Part shown: positions 61,966 to 64,000 of the stretch, in pieces | Layout of the letters: every line of letters begins with the position of its first letter | Position numbering within the stretch: position 1 is the first letter of the stretch | Assembly: GCA_028534125.1 (NCBI GenBank) | Contig: CM052816.1 | Location: 98,644,001-98,708,000 of the forward strand | Direction of reading: 5' to 3' | Source of the DNA: Lama glama | Lineage: Eukaryota | DNA length: 64,000 bases | Notes under the pieces: model-generated | Told to the model about the DNA's origin: nothing | The model's database searches: none | What the model saw: the letters and a program-made list of their open reading frames with translations, nothing else | Program-made: the position numbers and the translations under genes

Positions 61966-64000
61966 GTGTAATATGAAAAATAAAGGTTTTTCATCAGGCG
62001 GTGCTGGAACCATTGGACACCCATACGCCCAAACCCGAGCCTCACACTGTCACCTCCTGGCAGTCGGCCCTCCTGCAGGTGGCTGGCTGACACCCGAGGA
62101 GCCTCAGTGGCCGTGGCCCTGGGAGTGGGCCTGTCCCAGAGGGAGGGAGGCCCCAGGACCAGCTTTGCCTCCTAGGGGAGCGACTGAGGCCCTAAGTCAC
62201 CCCGCAGGGAGGAAGGAGCCTGCATCACCGCCCAGGGTGCCCAGGCTCACAGACCCCCAGACTCACCTCTGACTCTGGAGCCAACACCAGAGATGTGGGG
62301 ACAAGCGGAATGAAGCTCTGACCCTCTGGGTGAATGCAGCAGGAAAGTGTGGAGGCTGGCGAGAAACCGACCAGATGAGATGAACACACAGGTCAATGTG
62401 AGCCAAAGGGAACCCAGAGAACCAGTGATCCCGCACCGCTTCTTTGCCCTGGTGGAGCAGTGGAGACCTTGTTCCTGACGTCAGAGAGGGACGTTGAGCA
62501 GAACACGATTAAAATCCCCGCCTCTCACCCATGTTCCCCGGGAAAACAGAAAACTCCGCAGGCGGGCTTTACTGAGAACGTGGAGAAGACCCACAGGAAA
62601 ACGTGATGACTTAGACACCCTGCTCAGTGACGCTCTCCTCAGACATAACGTGTCAGATGAAACGGCTTTGTCTGCAGCGGGCAAAGGCCTGACTCGAACT
62701 CCTGCCAGAAAAGAGAAACAGTTTCCTGAGGCGTAAGAATCGCGATGCGTTGATTTTCTCCAAGAACAAAGTGGCAGTTGATTCCATAAACCCACTTTGC
62801 AAATGAAACTTTTAATGAGCCAGAGAACATTAATTTAGTTTTGTAAATTATTATCATTAGAATTGGTCACTAAAATAAAATAAATCCATTATTATTATAA
62901 GTTATCATACATTCACTCTTATAGTCCCAGAAAGGACTTACAGTTTGGAAAAATAAAGCCAGAAACACGTCACAAGTCTGTGTTTGGATTCCGGAAAGTG
63001 GAGCTTCGGTTTCCTCACACGGTTCTAGCTGTGAACGTCTTTAAATAAATCAGGTGCCTTGTATGCAGAGGGAATGTAGAACCTAACTGGCCTCAATATT
63101 ATGCTTATATAAAAGGGGCTATGATAACGTGGTGATCTGAACCTCCTTTTTTAATTTAAAGGGCTTTCTTTTACTGCTGTAAACGACCGTCATCTGAGAC
63201 TATTACATAAAAAAGTGGTTTCAGAACAGAAGCAACCCCAAAACACCAAAAGGAAGGCAGTCCTCCATTCACTTGGGATGTGGTGATGCATCAGTTTTTA
63301 TGTGAGGTCAGCGACATGGAAACCCCTGGCCTCAGCAGCTCCATGTTTGTTGAGCAGCTTTGGTGAATCTCTCTTTGAGTCCAAATTCATAAAGGAGTCC
63401 CCCCTTGACAGGGGCCCCTTAATCACCAGGAGTCCTGGAATCAGAATCCGCCACGATGGGCTTGGGGACTGCAGGGCTGAACAGGCTCCGCCTGCCCGTT
63501 AGCCTCCCGCACCACCTGCCCTTACGTCTGGGCCTCGAGATGCCCCCGCTTCCCCGCTCTGCTGCCACCTTCCAGGTGAACATCCCAAACGTAGACTTTT
63601 ATCCTCACGTTTCCCGGCAGCTGAAGTGATAATAAGATTTACGGGACTGCACCTTCTGTGCCCAGTCAGCCCTCTTTGTCAAACAAGTCTGGTGTCCCTG
63701 GAGATGCTTTTGTCTCCTGCACAGACGGAAAGAGCTGGTGGAGACAGAGAAGCGAGCCGACCACAGGGGCGGGATGACCGGGACCAATGGTTGTCTCAAT
63801 TTCCCAGGCTCTGAGCCTCGTGTGTTCAAAATTCATGGAGGTCAACGCATTCTAACAAACACCGCGTATTTCTTTGGCTTAGATTAGAAAAAGCATCTCA
63901 CTTCTTTCCTTGCTACTGCACTGAGCTTTCTGAATCTGCTCAAATGCTTCTCCCTTTATTTAGGCCGAACTGCAGGAGCTGTTCATTTGATGAAGCTGTG

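Noticed and set aside
24000..64000. Long ORFs (e.g. 33936..34526, 38603..39205, 55273..55890, 58066..58680) and possible ADAMTS16 3' exons
   Set aside because: No recognisable protein similarity or coherent exon structure; many overlap repeats. I found no ADAMTS16-like C-terminal sequence.

Overview
Mammalian genomic DNA, most likely camelid: there is a Vic-1-like tRNA-derived SINE near 53.4 kb and two young L1 3' ends of the same family. The only protein-coding gene I can support is ICE1 (KIAA0947, scaffold of the little elongation complex), on the minus strand. Ten coding exons (604 nt, 201 codons plus 1 nt, the N-terminal coiled-coil region) run from the ATG at 23046 to 4725 and splice in frame; the gene continues off the left edge. 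A CpG-island promoter lies at about 22.8-23.95 kb. The remaining ~40 kb is intergenic and filled with L1, L2, MIR, MaLR/ERVL LTRs and hAT/Tigger DNA-transposon fossils, with a 100-N assembly gap at 43441-43540. Most ORFs in the supplied track are chance ORFs. I see no new multi-gene system. The most notable signals are: a minor-spliceosome AT-AC intron in ICE1 beside a 19-nt microexon, with an in-frame bypass route; an Arg-rich uORF in the probable ICE1 5' leader; and a tail-less internal L1 ORF2 fragment inserted with a target-site duplication. Repeat family names come from recalled consensus sequences, not a database search, and repeat boundaries are approximate.
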